Below are positions 19,800 through 28,141 of a stretch of DNA of 64,000 nucleotides, piece after piece. Numbering within the stretch: position 1 is the first letter of the stretch; every line of letters begins with the position of its first letter. The notes under the pieces were generated by a model. It saw nothing but the letters and a program-made list of their open reading frames with translations. It did not search any database and was not told the DNA's origin. A program made the position numbers and the translations under genes. The DNA comes from Anaerolineae bacterium (GTDB taxonomy: Bacteria; Chloroflexota; Anaerolineae; Promineifilales; Promineifilaceae), in assembly GCA_023384415.1 (NCBI GenBank), contig JAHDWJ010000014.1:43943-107942 (forward strand), written 5' to 3'.

Positions 19800-20516
19800 A
19801 TGGCTCAATCACAAATTGAATGGACAGAATCTACCTGGAATCCGGTGACGGGCTGTACGAAGATTAGCCCAGGGTGCAAACATTGTTACGCTGAGCGGAT
19901 GGCGTTTCGTTTGCAGGCGATGGGGCAGCCGAATTATGCTAATGGGTTTACGGTGACGCTGCATGAACAGATGTTAACGCGGCCGCTCGAATGGAAAAAA
20001 CCGCAAACTATCTTTGTCAACTCCATGAGTGACCTTTTTCACCAAGTCGTTCCTCTGGAATTTATCCAAAGGGTGTTTGCCGTGATGAGGCTGGCCCACT
20101 GGCATCAGTTCCAGGTACTTACCAAGCGTTCGGAACGGCTATTAGAACTGAGTTCGCAGTTAGCCTGGATGGATCATATCTGGATGGGCGTTAGCGTGGA
20201 AAGCGAAAAATATAGTTTCCGTATTGACCATTTGCGCCAAACTGGCGCCGTGGTGAAGTTTTTGTCATTGGAGCCTTTGTTGGGGCCATTGCCCAATCTG
20301 GATTTGACTGGGATAAATTGGGTTATTGTTGGGGGAGAGTCTGGGCCAGGAGCGCGGCCGCTTAAACGAGAATGGGTTACAGATATTCGTGACCAGTGTC
20401 AGCAGGCCAGGGTGCCGTTTTTCTTTAAGCAGTGGGGTGGGGTGCGTAAAAAACAGCGCGGCCGCGAACTCGATGGCCGCACTTATGATGAAATGCCAGT
20501 GGGAGCAGCTGCATGA
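19800..20516 (+). CDS. DUF5131 (phage Gp37/Gp68 family) three-Cys-motif protein
   Basis: [35 protein letters not shown]..., VSVE, GGESG, FFFKQWG. Confidence 0.75.
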   Translation: MAQSQIEWTESTWNPVTGCTKISPGCKHCYAERMAFRLQAMGQPNYANGFTVTLHEQMLTRPLEWKKPQTIFVNSMSDLFHQVVPLEFIQRVFAVMRLAHWHQFQVLTKRSERLLELSSQLAWMDHIWMGVSVESEKYSFRIDHLRQTGAVVKFLSLEPLLGPLPNLDLTGINWVIVGGESGPGARPLKREWVTDIRDQCQQARVPFFFKQWGGVRKKQRGRELDGRTYDEMPVGAAA

Positions 20517-20527
20517 CCAAAAACAAA

Positions 20528-20551
20528 AGAGACCCCAATGGGCCTCTTTTT
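20528..20551 (+). terminator. Intrinsic terminator after the DUF5131 gene
   Basis: AGAGACCC / GGGCCTCT stem (one mismatch), 4-nt loop, then TTTTT. Confidence 0.6.
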
Positions 20552-20680
20552 ATAATAGTCTGAACTCTGGCGAAAATTGATTTCAGCAGTGGCAATAACC
20601 AATATACTAATACAGTAATAACCACTGGTCAGATCAAAAAACACCAGGCTCCAGTAATGGTTCAAGAACAGTCATACTGA

Positions 20681-21529
20681 TCAGACGGTCAGCATAATCC
20701 TGTTTTGGGATGGGTCTTGAATAAAAACCCCCTGCCCCTGGTCTTGAACCGGCCAGTTGTGGGTCTGGGCCCGTTGGATGATGGTGAGGAGCGCGGCCGC
20801 GTCCGGCAGGCGTAATTGGTACCAACGCAGCTGCGGCGCATCATCCGGGGGTGGGGGGGCCCCTTCTCCGGCCCAGGTATTTAACCCCACGTGATGGTGG
20901 TACCCGTTGTAAGAAACAAACGCTGCCGAACGCCCATAATAGGTAATCAAATCCATCCCCAAAATTTGCTGATAAAAGGCCACCGCCTGCTTGAGGTCGC
21001 TGACGTGCAGGTGAATATGCCCCATAATGGTGCCAGCGGCCAGACCTTGCCAGGGGGTTTGGTCATCCTGCACCAGAGCCAACAACTCAGGGATGTTAAG
21101 CTGGATGCTGGCCATCTCGATCTGGCCGTTACGCCGGGGCCACTCCGCTTCTGGGCGATCCCGGTAAATCTCAATGCCATGCCCGTCAGGGTCATTCAGA
21201 TAAATTGCTTCACTGACCAGATGATCGGCAAACCCCCCCAGAGGTGTTTCCGTTTCGATAAGATGGCGCAGGGTGCGCCCCAACTCGTGCCGGTTAGGGA
21301 CGAGAATGGCGAAATGGTACAGGCCAGTGACGCCCGACTGCGGCCGCGCCCCTGGCTGTTCCTGCAAAATGAGCATCTCTTCCTGGCCCACCCCCAAAAC
21401 GGCTGTTCTGCCTTCCTGGCGGTGTAAGGTCAGGCCAATGTTGTGCTGATAAAAATGCTGGGACCGCTCCAGGTCAGCCACAGTGAGGTAAACGGTGCCA
21501 ATGGTTCGAGACATAGGTGTATCCATCAA
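20681..21529 (-). CDS. Two-domain VOC/glyoxalase-family ring-cleaving dioxygenase-like protein
   Basis: Two VOC modules (YLTVADLERSQHFYQHNIGL...HFAI; IHLHVSDLKQAVAFYQQILGM...HHVGLN). The start could be 21529, 21526 or 21514. Confidence 0.75.
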   Translation of the reverse strand: MMDTPMSRTIGTVYLTVADLERSQHFYQHNIGLTLHRQEGRTAVLGVGQEEMLILQEQPGARPQSGVTGLYHFAILVPNRHELGRTLRHLIETETPLGGFADHLVSEAIYLNDPDGHGIEIYRDRPEAEWPRRNGQIEMASIQLNIPELLALVQDDQTPWQGLAAGTIMGHIHLHVSDLKQAVAFYQQILGMDLITYYGRSAAFVSYNGYHHHVGLNTWAGEGAPPPPDDAPQLRWYQLRLPDAAALLTIIQRAQTHNWPVQDQGQGVFIQDPSQNRIMLTV

Positions 21530-21676
21530 GAGGAGATTCAGTAGAGTTAAAGTTTGATTTTATCCGTAACGACTAACCGCAAAGCTACAAAGAACACAAA
21601 GCTGTTCAAGAAGTTCTTTGCGATCTTGGCGGTGAAACTCTTGTGCGCCTTAGTAGTTACTTTTATCTGCTGATTT

Positions 21677-21723
21677 CACGGATTAGCCCAGATTTTTCTT
21701 CCAGGCCAATCTGATTGATTGGC
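21677..21723. repeat. Family-2 element fragment (R1) plus a 7-bp palindrome
   Basis: CACGGATTAGCCCAGATTTTT, followed by GCCAATC tgatt GATTGGC (21705-21723). Confidence 0.5.
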
Positions 21724-21857
21724 AAAATTAATCTTTTGCCGTACTGACAACAACAAATTAAGAAGGGAACCAATTTTTCCAGAGAAGACCAGTATCCGTT
21801 TGTTTCTCAATCTGTTGTTGTCACTCTGAAAACGAGATTTATCAGTCGGCCAGCCAC

Positions 21858-21887
21858 GCCAATCCCCAAAATCTGCGTTAATCTGGG
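21858..21887. repeat. Family-2 element fragment (R2, inverted)
   Basis: The reverse complement reads CCCAGATTAACGCAGATTTTGGGGATTGGC. It matches the left half of R3 and R4. Confidence 0.55.
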
Positions 21888-21939
21888 CATGACTCTTTGG
21901 CAATGTTAGACCTATTGAATCTCTAGTCTCGCAGCAGTC

Positions 21940-22491
21940 TTAAGCCGCGACCAGTTCTTCTTCAGGTTGGGCCACTTTTTGCAGTTGCAAATCAATTTCA
22001 ATCGTGATTTTGTCACTGACCAGCCAGCCACCCGCTTCCAGGGCCACATTCCAGGTCAGCCCCCAATCTTTGCGGTTAATGGTCGTGGCGGCAGAGAAGG
22101 CGGCGACGGTGGCTCCCCAGGGATTTTTAACCGTACCCCCATATTCTACATCCAAAGCAACCTCTTTGGTAACGTCACGAATGGTCAAATCACCGATGAG
22201 GCGGCCGCTGTTGGCGTCATCCTGCTCTACTCGTTTGCTCTTGAACCGGATCACCGGGTATTTCTCCACATCAAAGAAATCTCCGGAGCGTAGATGACGA
22301 TCCCGCTGCTCTTCTTTGCTGTTGATGCTGGCGGCCTGAATGGTGATGTCAACGGTGGTATTGGTTGGGTTTTCTTCGTCATAATTGACAACCCCGGCCC
22401 AATCTTCAAAGCGGCCGCGTACTTTGGTGATCATCATGTGGCGAGCCGTAAACGTCAGTTGTGAATGGGAATAATCAATGTTCCAGGTCAT
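21940..22491 (-). CDS. YceI family polyisoprenoid-binding protein
   Basis: WNIDYSHSQLTFTARHMMITKVRGRF, and GDLTIRDVTKEVALDV. AAGGAG lies upstream of the ATG. Confidence 0.85.
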   Translation of the reverse strand: MTWNIDYSHSQLTFTARHMMITKVRGRFEDWAGVVNYDEENPTNTTVDITIQAASINSKEEQRDRHLRSGDFFDVEKYPVIRFKSKRVEQDDANSGRLIGDLTIRDVTKEVALDVEYGGTVKNPWGATVAAFSAATTINRKDWGLTWNVALEAGGWLVSDKITIEIDLQLQKVAQPEEELVAA

Positions 22492-22570
22492 GGTTGTTTT
22501 CTCCTTGAATTTAATTGGCTACTGTGTCATAGCTTCATTGCTATCTATTTGCACAAGCCTGAATTTGTAA

Positions 22571-22620
22571 GTGGACTTAAGTCCGTATATCTGCTATAAT
22601 ATTAGCGGACTTGAGTCCGT
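22571..22620. promoter_or_regulatory. Two 16-nt palindromic operator-like sites flanking a TATAAT box (yceI/tetR divergent region)
   Basis: GTGGACTTAAGTCCGT (22571-22586) and GCGGACTTGAGTCCGT (22605-22620), with TATAAT at 22595-22600. Confidence 0.6.
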
Positions 22621-22707
22621 TTGTCAAGCGATTGCCCAAATTGGCCGCGAAAGCTGTTAATCTCATTCATTTTGTGCTAACCTGGAGAGCGTAAATTAAA
22701 AACCCAT

Positions 22708-22774
22708 CCGCAGATTAAGCCAGATTTTGGGGAATCAGATAGAAGAAATCGGCCATAATCAACGAAATCTGCGG
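22708..22774. repeat. Family-2 hairpin element, copy R3 (67 bp)
   Basis: CCGCAGATT...AAATCTGCGG, a 9-bp terminal inverted repeat. 48/67 identity to R4 by hand alignment. Confidence 0.7.
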
Positions 22775-22786
22775 CTAGAATCAACG

Positions 22787-23425
22787 ATGGCCTGGACTGA
22801 TATGATTGAACTAAACTTACCCATCAACGAACACAAAGGAGAGCGAGCGGACGCGGCCGCGAACCGTCTGCTGCTCCTGGAGACGGCAGAACGCCTTTTT
22901 GCCCAATATGGGGTAGCCGCCGTTAATATGGCCGACATTGCCGAGGCGGCCGGGGTGGGCAAGGGGACGCTGTACCGCCGCTTCCCCAACAAAGCCACTC
23001 TCTGCCTGGCCCTTATGGATACGCAAATGCGGACGTTCCAGGATGAGATTCTGGCCCGCCTGCGGCAGATGCAGATGCAAAGAGTGCCTTACTTGCAACA
23101 GCTAGGCCATTTCTTAGAGGCATTTGTCCTCTTCGCCGATATTCATTTGCCTTTGCTGTGTGAAGTGCAGCGGGAAGGGTGGCTAGGGGATGAAGGAGTG
23201 GATCGCCCGTATATCTGGCGCTATTTGACGGTGAAAGGGCTACTGGACGCGGCCGCACGGCAGCAAGAAATCTCCCCTGATCTGGACACCGCCTACCTGG
23301 CCGAAGCGTTATTGGCCCCCTTGCACCCGGCCTTATTCCATTTCCAACGCAGCCAACGGGGATATGAGCTAGACCGCATCAGCACCGGCCTGCGTAGTCT
23401 GGTAGAGAGTTTGGGGAATAGTTGA
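22787..23425 (+). CDS. TetR/AcrR family transcriptional regulator
   Basis: The HTH LLETAERLFAQYGVAAVNMADIAEAAGVGKGTLYRRFPNK. ATG 22787 chosen; the upstream ORF codons fall inside repeat R3. Confidence 0.85.
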   Translation: MAWTDMIELNLPINEHKGERADAAANRLLLLETAERLFAQYGVAAVNMADIAEAAGVGKGTLYRRFPNKATLCLALMDTQMRTFQDEILARLRQMQMQRVPYLQQLGHFLEAFVLFADIHLPLLCEVQREGWLGDEGVDRPYIWRYLTVKGLLDAAARQQEISPDLDTAYLAEALLAPLHPALFHFQRSQRGYELDRISTGLRSLVESLGNS

Positions 23426-23428
23426 AAA

Positions 23429-24121
23429 TTAAGAGCGCAGCCGGCTGACGATATAATCATGGGCTTCGGCTGGGGAATCAGTTAGAAAAAAGAGGTCTAA
23501 ATCTTCAGGGGAGATTTTGCCCTCAGCCAGCATCGTTGACCGCACCCACGCTACCATCCCCCCCCAATAAGCCGTATCAAACAAAACAAGGGGGAAATTG
23601 CTCATTTTGCCCGTCTGAATGAGCGTCAACGTTTCAAAAAACTCATCTATGGTGCCAAACCCGCCAGGGAAAATAATCGAAGCCTGGGCATATTTCAACA
23701 ACATCACCTTACGCACAAAAAAATAGTGGAACTCAATCGCCAGATCAACATGGGGGTTAATATGCTGCTCAAACGGCAGTTCGATATTCAGGCCAATAGA
23801 TAACGCCCCCACCTGCCGCGCCCCTTCGTTGCCTGCCTGCATGATGCCGGGGCCACCCCCGGTAATGATGGCATAGCCTGATTGGCCTAAAAGCCGGGCT
23901 GTCTCTACCGTCTGTTGATATTGCCGATCTTCTGGCCTCGTCCGTGCCGAACCAAAAATAGTCACCGCCGGACCAACCTCCGCCAGTTCATCAAACCCTT
24001 GCACAAATTCACTCATCACCCGCAAAACTCGCCAGGGGTCGCTGCTGCGGAAAGGGGTTTTGGCCTGGGATGGGGCTTGTAAGATATGTTCGTCGTGGGT
24101 GTGGGAGCGGTGTAGTTTCAT
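23429..24121 (-). CDS. LOG family / TIGR00730 Rossmann-fold nucleotide-binding protein
   Basis: AIITGGGPGIMQAGNEGA and PGGFGTIDEFFETLTLIQTGK motifs. Confidence 0.85.
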   Translation of the reverse strand: MKLHRSHTHDEHILQAPSQAKTPFRSSDPWRVLRVMSEFVQGFDELAEVGPAVTIFGSARTRPEDRQYQQTVETARLLGQSGYAIITGGGPGIMQAGNEGARQVGALSIGLNIELPFEQHINPHVDLAIEFHYFFVRKVMLLKYAQASIIFPGGFGTIDEFFETLTLIQTGKMSNFPLVLFDTAYWGGMVAWVRSTMLAEGKISPEDLDLFFLTDSPAEAHDYIVSRLRS

Positions 24122-24123
24122 GG

Positions 24124-24160
24124 GAAATTGAGAGACTGGAGATTGGAGACTCAGGAGATC
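24124..24160. repeat. Heptamer repeat block (D-type) forming the LOG gene leader
   Basis: Plus strand GAGAGACTGGAGATTGGAGACTCAGGAGATC. Gene sense: GATCTCC TGAGTCTCC AATCTCC AGTCTCT CAATTTCCC ATG. Confidence 0.75.
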
Positions 24161-24180
24161 AAAACCAGGAAAAAATTTAT

Positions 24181-24247
24181 CTGCCGATTAACACAGATTT
24201 TAGGGATTAGCCTGAGAAAAATCGGCGTTAATCGGCGAAATCTACGG
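24181..24247. repeat. Family-2 hairpin element, copy R4 (67 bp)
   Basis: CTGCCGATTAACACAGATTTTAGGGATTAGCC...AATCGGCGAAATCTACGG. Same length as R3. Confidence 0.7.
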
Positions 24248-24323
24248 ATGAAAACCAGCTTTTGCTATACAGAGATTAGAGATTGGTGACCGGGCGGTTG
24301 GCAAACCCCTCATATCACATACC

Positions 24324-27059
24324 TTATTCATACCGTAAAACAATGAGTGGTTTTTCCTGGGCGGCCCCGTAGGCGGTGATGAGAGTGGCGGCCAGGGAGA
24401 TGATGACTGATAAGATGACCAGGCCAATCAGGGTGAGCAGGGGGAAGCTGCTTAAATTAGATGAGACGATCCCCAAAGCCAGAATCGCGGCCGCGCCAAT
24501 GCCCGTTCCTATCACCCCACCTAACAATCCTACCAGCCCATTTTCTAACAACAACAGGCGCAGCACATCGCGGGATTGTAGCCCAATCGCCTTCATAATC
24601 CCAATCTGACGACGGCGTTCCAGGGTAGCCAGGGAGACGGTATTGGCGATGATAACGGTGCTGGCAAACAGAGCCAACACGGCTACCACCAGGGGCAGAG
24701 CTGTCAACTGTCGGATGATCCGGGCGGTTAGCTCTTGCAGTTGGCTGATTTCCAGGACAAAAATCCCCCGCTCATTAGCAAACGCCCGACTCACCTCACT
24801 CACCCGCTCTTTGTCCACATCAGCAATGATGGGTGAGGAGATCGGCTCATAGCCAGGCGGAAGGCTGTTATCACTGATGATGGCCGGGCTTTCATTGCTG
24901 CCAAAGCTGAAGTTGACCGCCCCAGAGGTCAGCGACCGCGTCCACAACCCGGCCACCGTTAATTCCATTTCCGAGCCATCCGTATACTGCACCGTCAGCA
25001 CATCCCCCGGCTGCAAATCCAGCCACTCCACCACACTTGTTTTTTCCAGCAGCAGCTGCCGATTAGAGGCCGGGGTGATGTCTTGACCGGCAACAATATT
25101 GTAGGTTCGGTCAGTATCCGGGTGGCTGGCTAATTGCAGTTCAAGGGGATTGACCAGGCTTTGGATTTGGAACTCGTACAAGTCAAAGCGGCCTTGCCCG
25201 GTGTTGATTTCACTGTCTGGGGCGCGGCCGCTGCGACTAGAGGCGGCCGCGGCTTCCAGAGCGCGTTCACGGGCTTCAGCCGTTAGCCGGGTCATATCTC
25301 TGTCACCATTAATGGCTACAATCTGGCTCTCATACACCACATCCTGCTGAATCGAGTTAACTCCTTCTAACCCCTGTAATACCTCTTGCGCCCGTTCACT
25401 ATCGGCCAATGTTTGGGGCACGATGAGGACATTCCCCCCAATCGCCTGGGCAAAACTGACCTCAATGACGTTGATGACGCTTTGGGTGAGCAACAAAATG
25501 AGGCTGAGAGAAAACATGCCAATCACCAAAGCCAGCAAGGTGCTGGCGGTACGGCTGGCATGGGTGCCAATGGCTCGTTGGGCCAGCCGTATGGTGACGA
25601 AGCCAAATGAGGGTAAAACGCTCATAATGATGACGATGACCCAAAAGAAGAGTAGGGCTAACCCCAACACCACCAACGCCCCATAAGCGATACCAAACCC
25701 AACCCAGCCATTGCCGACGATGAGCGTAACCATCAGGCCAATGATGCCAGTCATAATCAAGACAACAAAAATGGAAATGAGGCGGCCGGCCTGGGGCAAA
25801 GCGGCGTCGGTGGGGTTCAGGACAACCTGCGGCCGCACCCGACCTGCAGCAATGGTGGGCAAAAAGCCAAAAACCAGGGTGACAACGGAGCCGGTGATCA
25901 GCCCCATCAAAATCGCTTCCGGGTAGAGGGTAAAGGCTAACTGCTGCGCTAACACCCGCTCCGCCACTGATTGCAGCCCGGAGACCATGCCCAACCCTAA
26001 CAGGATGCCTAAAATACTGCCAAACAACCCCATCAGGGCCGCTTCGATGAGGAACATGAGGGTAATTTGATTGGCCTGCACTCCCACCGTTTTTAAGACA
26101 CCGATTTCCAGGGTGCGCCGCCCAACGACGACGTTCATGGTGTTGGCGATGCCGATACCGCCGATGAGCAGGGAGACCAGCCCCATGGTCGTAATTAGCT
26201 TGGTCAGGTTTTCGCTGAGGCTTTCGTTTTGCTCCCGCAAATCGGCGGTAGTGGTGACTGGTATGCCGGTAAAAGTTTCACTGAATGATTCCCCTGCGGC
26301 CGCGCTGTCTGCACCCTCTGGCAGCTTAAAATAAACCGTATCGGCCTGCACATTGAGCCGTGCGGCCGCCATGTCATAACGCAAATAGACATACGGGAAC
26401 AGCACCGCATTCAGATCACGCAGGCTGGCCTCAGCCCCATCATCCACAATCCCCGTGACCACATACACATCTGGACCAACCAGCCGCAGCTCTGTGCCAA
26501 TCTCCGCCCCTAACAGCCGGGCCAGCCGTTCCGCAATGACAATATCATTCTCCCCTCGGAGCGTCGTCGCCAGGGTTCCCCCGGCCGGGGCCACAAAGGT
26601 AATTTCCGCATAATACGGATATTTCTCCGGCTCAATAAAAAAGGCCAGAATACTCTCCGGTTGGCTGTCATTTTGATTAAGCCGGATCCGATCCGTGTCA
26701 CTGTTACGTGAGGCAACTGTCATCTCATACCCATTCTCATCTGCCCAGGCGGCCATACGTTCCAGCCCTACCTGGCTAAAACTGGGTGAGATAAACATTG
26801 AGCTGCCCCGGTTAATCAATTCCGGGTCAAACTCCCCAACCCCCATAATTGCGGTTACCGGCACAGAAGCAGACAAGTCTCCCCGGTTATCTTGTTGCAG
26901 GTTTTGGGTCAGGCTGTCCCCAATCATCAGCCCCAGGGTGCGTAAAGAGACAATCGCCGCCACTCCGACAGCAATACAAAACAGGACAAAAATCGTCCGC
27001 TGCCGGTTGCGGTTCATATTCGCCATTGCCTGACGGAAAAAGAAAGGTAAATGTTTCAT
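24324..27059 (-). CDS. ABC transporter permease with two FtsX/MacB-type domains
   Basis: About 911 aa from MKHLPFFFRQAMANMNRNRQRT. There are two 4-TM FtsX-like modules separated by large extracytoplasmic regions. It lies downstream of a MacB/LolD-type ATPase gene. Confidence 0.85.
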   Translation of the reverse strand: MKHLPFFFRQAMANMNRNRQRTIFVLFCIAVGVAAIVSLRTLGLMIGDSLTQNLQQDNRGDLSASVPVTAIMGVGEFDPELINRGSSMFISPSFSQVGLERMAAWADENGYEMTVASRNSDTDRIRLNQNDSQPESILAFFIEPEKYPYYAEITFVAPAGGTLATTLRGENDIVIAERLARLLGAEIGTELRLVGPDVYVVTGIVDDGAEASLRDLNAVLFPYVYLRYDMAAARLNVQADTVYFKLPEGADSAAAGESFSETFTGIPVTTTADLREQNESLSENLTKLITTMGLVSLLIGGIGIANTMNVVVGRRTLEIGVLKTVGVQANQITLMFLIEAALMGLFGSILGILLGLGMVSGLQSVAERVLAQQLAFTLYPEAILMGLITGSVVTLVFGFLPTIAAGRVRPQVVLNPTDAALPQAGRLISIFVVLIMTGIIGLMVTLIVGNGWVGFGIAYGALVVLGLALLFFWVIVIIMSVLPSFGFVTIRLAQRAIGTHASRTASTLLALVIGMFSLSLILLLTQSVINVIEVSFAQAIGGNVLIVPQTLADSERAQEVLQGLEGVNSIQQDVVYESQIVAINGDRDMTRLTAEARERALEAAAASSRSGRAPDSEINTGQGRFDLYEFQIQSLVNPLELQLASHPDTDRTYNIVAGQDITPASNRQLLLEKTSVVEWLDLQPGDVLTVQYTDGSEMELTVAGLWTRSLTSGAVNFSFGSNESPAIISDNSLPPGYEPISSPIIADVDKERVSEVSRAFANERGIFVLEISQLQELTARIIRQLTALPLVVAVLALFASTVIIANTVSLATLERRRQIGIMKAIGLQSRDVLRLLLLENGLVGLLGGVIGTGIGAAAILALGIVSSNLSSFPLLTLIGLVILSVIISLAATLITAYGAAQEKPLIVLRYE

Positions 27060-27062
27060 AGT

Positions 27063-27165
27063 AGTTTCGAGTTTCGAGTGATCGTATTCATAATCGAGTG
27101 GGCGAGTGGGCGAGTAGGGGAGTGAGCGAGTCACTCACTCCTCAACCCTCACTCCTCATCCCTCA
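27063..27165. repeat. Composite 7/8-mer repeat block (B + C + A units) spanning the ATPase stop codon and the permease leader
   Basis: Gene sense: GAGGGATGAGGAGTGAGGGTTGAGGAGTGAGTGA CTCGCTCACTCCCCTACTCGCCCACTCGCCCACTCGA...CACTCGAAACTCGAAACTACT ATG. Confidence 0.85.
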
Positions 27166-27835
27166 CCAGTTTCCCATCCACCAGCGTCAACATCCGGTCG
27201 GCCTGGCTGGCGATATGGGGATCATGGGTGACCAGGATAACCGTAGTGCCAAAATCATCCCGCACCTGTCGTAAAGTTGACATAACCAGTTCGCTCGCCT
27301 CAGTATTGAGATTTCCCGTTGGTTCATCGGCCAGGAGAATAGGGGGATTGTTAGCCAGGGCGCGGGCGATAGCTACCCGCTGCTGCTGACCACCAGAAAG
27401 TTGGTTTGGCCGATGGCGTAACCTGTCCCCCATGCCAAAATGGGTGAGCAGTTCGGTGGCCCGTGCCTGGGGTTTGAACTGGGGACGGTGGGCAAACTCA
27501 ACCGGCAAGGCCACATTTTCCAGGGCGTTCAGGTTGGGGATGAGGTTAAAAAATTGGAAAACAAAGCCTAACTTTTCATTTCGAATAGTCGTTAAGTCTC
27601 GTTCGTTTAGAGTGCTGATTTCTGTGCCATCCAGGACAATGCTGCCTTCATCGGCCTTATCCAAACCGCCAATGAGGCCGAGCAGGGTACTTTTCCCCCC
27701 GCCAGACGGGCCAACAATGCCGACCATTTCCCCCCGATTGATGGTGAAGGTGACATTATCAACCGCGTGGACGGTTTGTTCGCCAAGTTTAAAGGTTTTA
27801 CGCAAATCGCGTACTTCAATGATGGGTGTAGACAT
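27149..27835 (-). CDS. ABC transporter ATP-binding protein (MacB/LolD-like)
   Basis: GPSGGGKST, LSGGQQQRVAIARAL, LLADEPTGNLD. AGGAG lies upstream of ATG 27835. Confidence 0.9.
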   Translation of the reverse strand: MSTPIIEVRDLRKTFKLGEQTVHAVDNVTFTINRGEMVGIVGPSGGGKSTLLGLIGGLDKADEGSIVLDGTEISTLNERDLTTIRNEKLGFVFQFFNLIPNLNALENVALPVEFAHRPQFKPQARATELLTHFGMGDRLRHRPNQLSGGQQQRVAIARALANNPPILLADEPTGNLNTEASELVMSTLRQVRDDFGTTVILVTHDPHIASQADRMLTLVDGKLVRDEE

Positions 27836-27912
27836 GAGGTACTCCTGTGTTTGGTGAGGACTGAGGATTGAATTCTCTGAAGTTCCTAACCTGGACAAGC
27901 CAGAAGAGATTT

Positions 27913-27969
27913 ATCCACAGATGTCACAGATTTTCAAGACATCGGTGGAAATCTATGTCATCTGTGGAT
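27913..27969. repeat. Short hairpin element R5 (family-2-related)
   Basis: 14-bp terminal inverted repeat ATCCACAGATGTCA / TGTCATCTGTGGAT (one mismatch), enclosing CAGATTTTCAAGACATCGGTGGAAATCTA. Confidence 0.6.
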
Positions 27970-28141
27970 CACTTCTTATTTTTTGTCCAAGAAGTTGACT
28001 TGTAAGGTACTGTCGTCCTGCTGAGGTCTTGGTTATGATAGCCAATTCATGCTGATGGATATGGGGCATGGTATGGGGGAATGTCAAGAAACCGATTGCT
28101 GTACGCAGAAATGGGGGCCAGGTTGCGGAAAGGGGGGACGG

